From Candidatus Omnitrophota bacterium (GTDB lineage: Bacteria > Omnitrophota > Gorgyraeia > Zapsychrales > Zapsychraceae), in the NCBI GenBank assembly GCA_020632515.1, contig JACKFK010000011.1, positions 1,284 to 65,283 on the forward strand: a stretch of 64,000 nucleotides of DNA, given 5' to 3'. Of the stretch, positions 62,607-64,000 are shown one piece after another (within the stretch, counting starts at the first letter, position 1; each line of letters opens with the position of its first letter). The notes below the pieces were generated by a model that was given only the letters and a program-made list of their open reading frames with translations, was not told where the DNA came from and made no database searches. Position numbers and translations under genes: made by a program.

Positions 62607-62691
62607 TACTAGAAAACTATAGTTAAAAATTTAAGTGAAGTCAATAAAGGACAATTTTTTTATTAACTGTAATTATTAAGGAGGAAGATGT

Positions 62692-64000
62692 ATGAAGTTA
62701 AAACATTGGATGGGCAGTATTTTGCTCGTATTATTTTTGGCAGTAAAGCCAGCGGCTGCAGATGAAATTTCAGATCTTAAAGCCATGGTTTTACAAATGC
62801 GAGAAGATTATGAAGAAAAGATTGAAATGTTAGAAGGGCGCATTCAACAATTGGAACAAGGTCGAGATCGTATGGTTTCCGAACGCGTGGCTGAAATTAA
62901 GAAAGATTTAAAAGAGGAGATTAAAAAGGAATCTATCAATGTTGAATATGCTGGACGACATAATGCGCCTGTTGGAGATGGGGGTGTTGTGGTTGAGAAT
63001 CCATTTGGTTTAAGCAGCGTTTCCTTAGGTGGATATGCGGATATGGAATATCATGATTTGAATAATGCGGAGTCGACATTTCGTCAACATCGATTTGTCT
63101 TGAATCTTGCGGCACAGATTAATGAGCGCTTAAGATTTAATTCCGAATATGAAATTGAATATGGTGGACCAAGCTCTGAAGGTGGTGATGGGGAGGCTAA
63201 AGTAGAGCAGGCCTACATTGATTATTTGATTAATGACAAGATCAATTTAAGAGGTGGAGCGATTTTGGTTCCATTTGGCCGATACAATCTTTACCATGAT
63301 TCTGACCTTCAAGATTTAACATTAAGACCGTTAGTTGCACGGGATATTGTGCCAACGACATGGACGGAGGCTGGTTATGGATTTTTTGGTGAGTTTGATC
63401 CTGTTTTTGGTGATTATGAAGATATGACTGTTAAATATGAAGTTTATGGGGTTAATGGTCTTGATGGCGGTTTTTCAGATACTGGATTGGGCGGCGCGCG
63501 TAACAGTTTAAAAACCGATAATAATGACGGTAAAGCGGTTGTTGGCCGTCTGGCCGTAAGTCCGTTCTTAGGACATGAAATTGGCTTCAGTGGTTATTGG
63601 GGTGAATATGCTGACGACGGCGATGCGATTAAAGGTGGAGCATTGGACACCTTTAATACATTTGGTCCATTTGAATTAATCACCGAGTATGCTTACTTTG
63701 ATGTTGAAGAATCGCCGACATTATTAACAGATCGTGCGAATTTCTTCCAAGGAGCTTACGCTCAATTAAATTATCATTTTTGGCCTGAGTTTTTAAGCGA
63801 TACATTTTTGGGGCGAGGTTTCGATAACCCAACGTTTACTTTGGTTGGCCGATATGATTGGGCACGGATTCATGATGATATTGATTCTGGAACTGGAGAT
63901 AATGAAGAAGAGCGATATACAATTGGTTTGAATTATCGCCCTGTTGATAATTTTGTGATAAAGTTCGAGTATATATTTAGTGATACCGATAATGAAAGCC
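62692..64000 (+). CDS. Porin-like outer-membrane protein with an N-terminal coiled coil (3' end outside the window; not in the ORF track)
   Basis: AAGGAGGAAG RBS and signal peptide MKLKHWMGSILLVLFLAVKPAAA. A heptad-like segment (LKAMVLQMREDYEEKIEMLEGRIQQLEQ) is followed by a beta-strand-rich region. The frame is open to the window end. Confidence 0.65.
   Translation, partial: MKLKHWMGSILLVLFLAVKPAAADEISDLKAMVLQMREDYEEKIEMLEGRIQQLEQGRDRMVSERVAEIKKDLKEEIKKESINVEYAGRHNAPVGDGGVVVENPFGLSSVSLGGYADMEYHDLNNAESTFRQHRFVLNLAAQINERLRFNSEYEIEYGGPSSEGGDGEAKVEQAYIDYLINDKINLRGGAILVPFGRYNLYHDSDLQDLTLRPLVARDIVPTTWTEAGYGFFGEFDPVFGDYEDMTVKYEVYGVNGLDGGFSDTGLGGARNSLKTDNNDGKAVVGRLAVSPFLGHEIGFSGYWGEYADDGDAIKGGALDTFNTFGPFELITEYAYFDVEESPTLLTDRANFFQGAYAQLNYHFWPEFLSDTFLGRGFDNPTFTLVGRYDWARIHDDIDSGTGDNEEERYTIGLNYRPVDNFVIKFEYIFSDTDNES

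Overview
This is a low-GC window from a diderm bacterium (roughly 30-45% GC by eye, and patchy). It holds about 70 genes, almost all on the + strand. All calls come from reading motifs in the supplied translations and the DNA; no database search was run.

Layout:
- 1-19.6 kb is an accessory RNA damage/repair and toxin-antitoxin patch. It contains Hen1-Pnkp with a translationally coupled Sel1-repeat gene, a frameshifted SEC-C gene, a tRNA-fMet remnant, an XRE-Panacea antitoxin with a RelE-like toxin, a possible HEPN protein, a GC-rich patch of nuclease gene fragments, and a tripartite HipB/HipS/HipT module.
- Embedded in that patch, and bounded by a perfect 23-bp direct repeat (5911 and 17862), is a MarR-led nine-gene operon. 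It encodes a Rieske oxygenase, two B12-radical-SAM enzymes, two acyltransferase-like proteins, a GH3 adenylating enzyme, an NTF2-like protein and a desaturase. It looks like an uncharacterised lipid or lipoamino-acid tailoring pathway.
- 20-38 kb holds an ArsR-controlled MMPL/LolA-like/OMP exporter, nrfHA, pdxH, a candidate Fur-box-driven sRNA next to ferritin, envelope glycosyltransferases and radC.
- 38.6-40.9 kb holds a c-di-GMP-I-like riboswitch in front of a secreted protein with ten 11-aa tandem repeats and a Gly/Pro/Met-rich tail.
- 42-64 kb holds a Cys-less LOV-LuxR regulator, an ArnC-like/sulfotransferase/GT-C trio, and two more MarR paralogs. One heads an LplT-PlsC-Aas fusion plus lipase. 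The other heads a DUF1295/CFA-synthase/amine-oxidase/DUF1365 operon. A tandem pair of sRNA-like elements and a partial porin follow.

No rRNA, intact tRNA, CRISPR array, integrase or transposase was seen.
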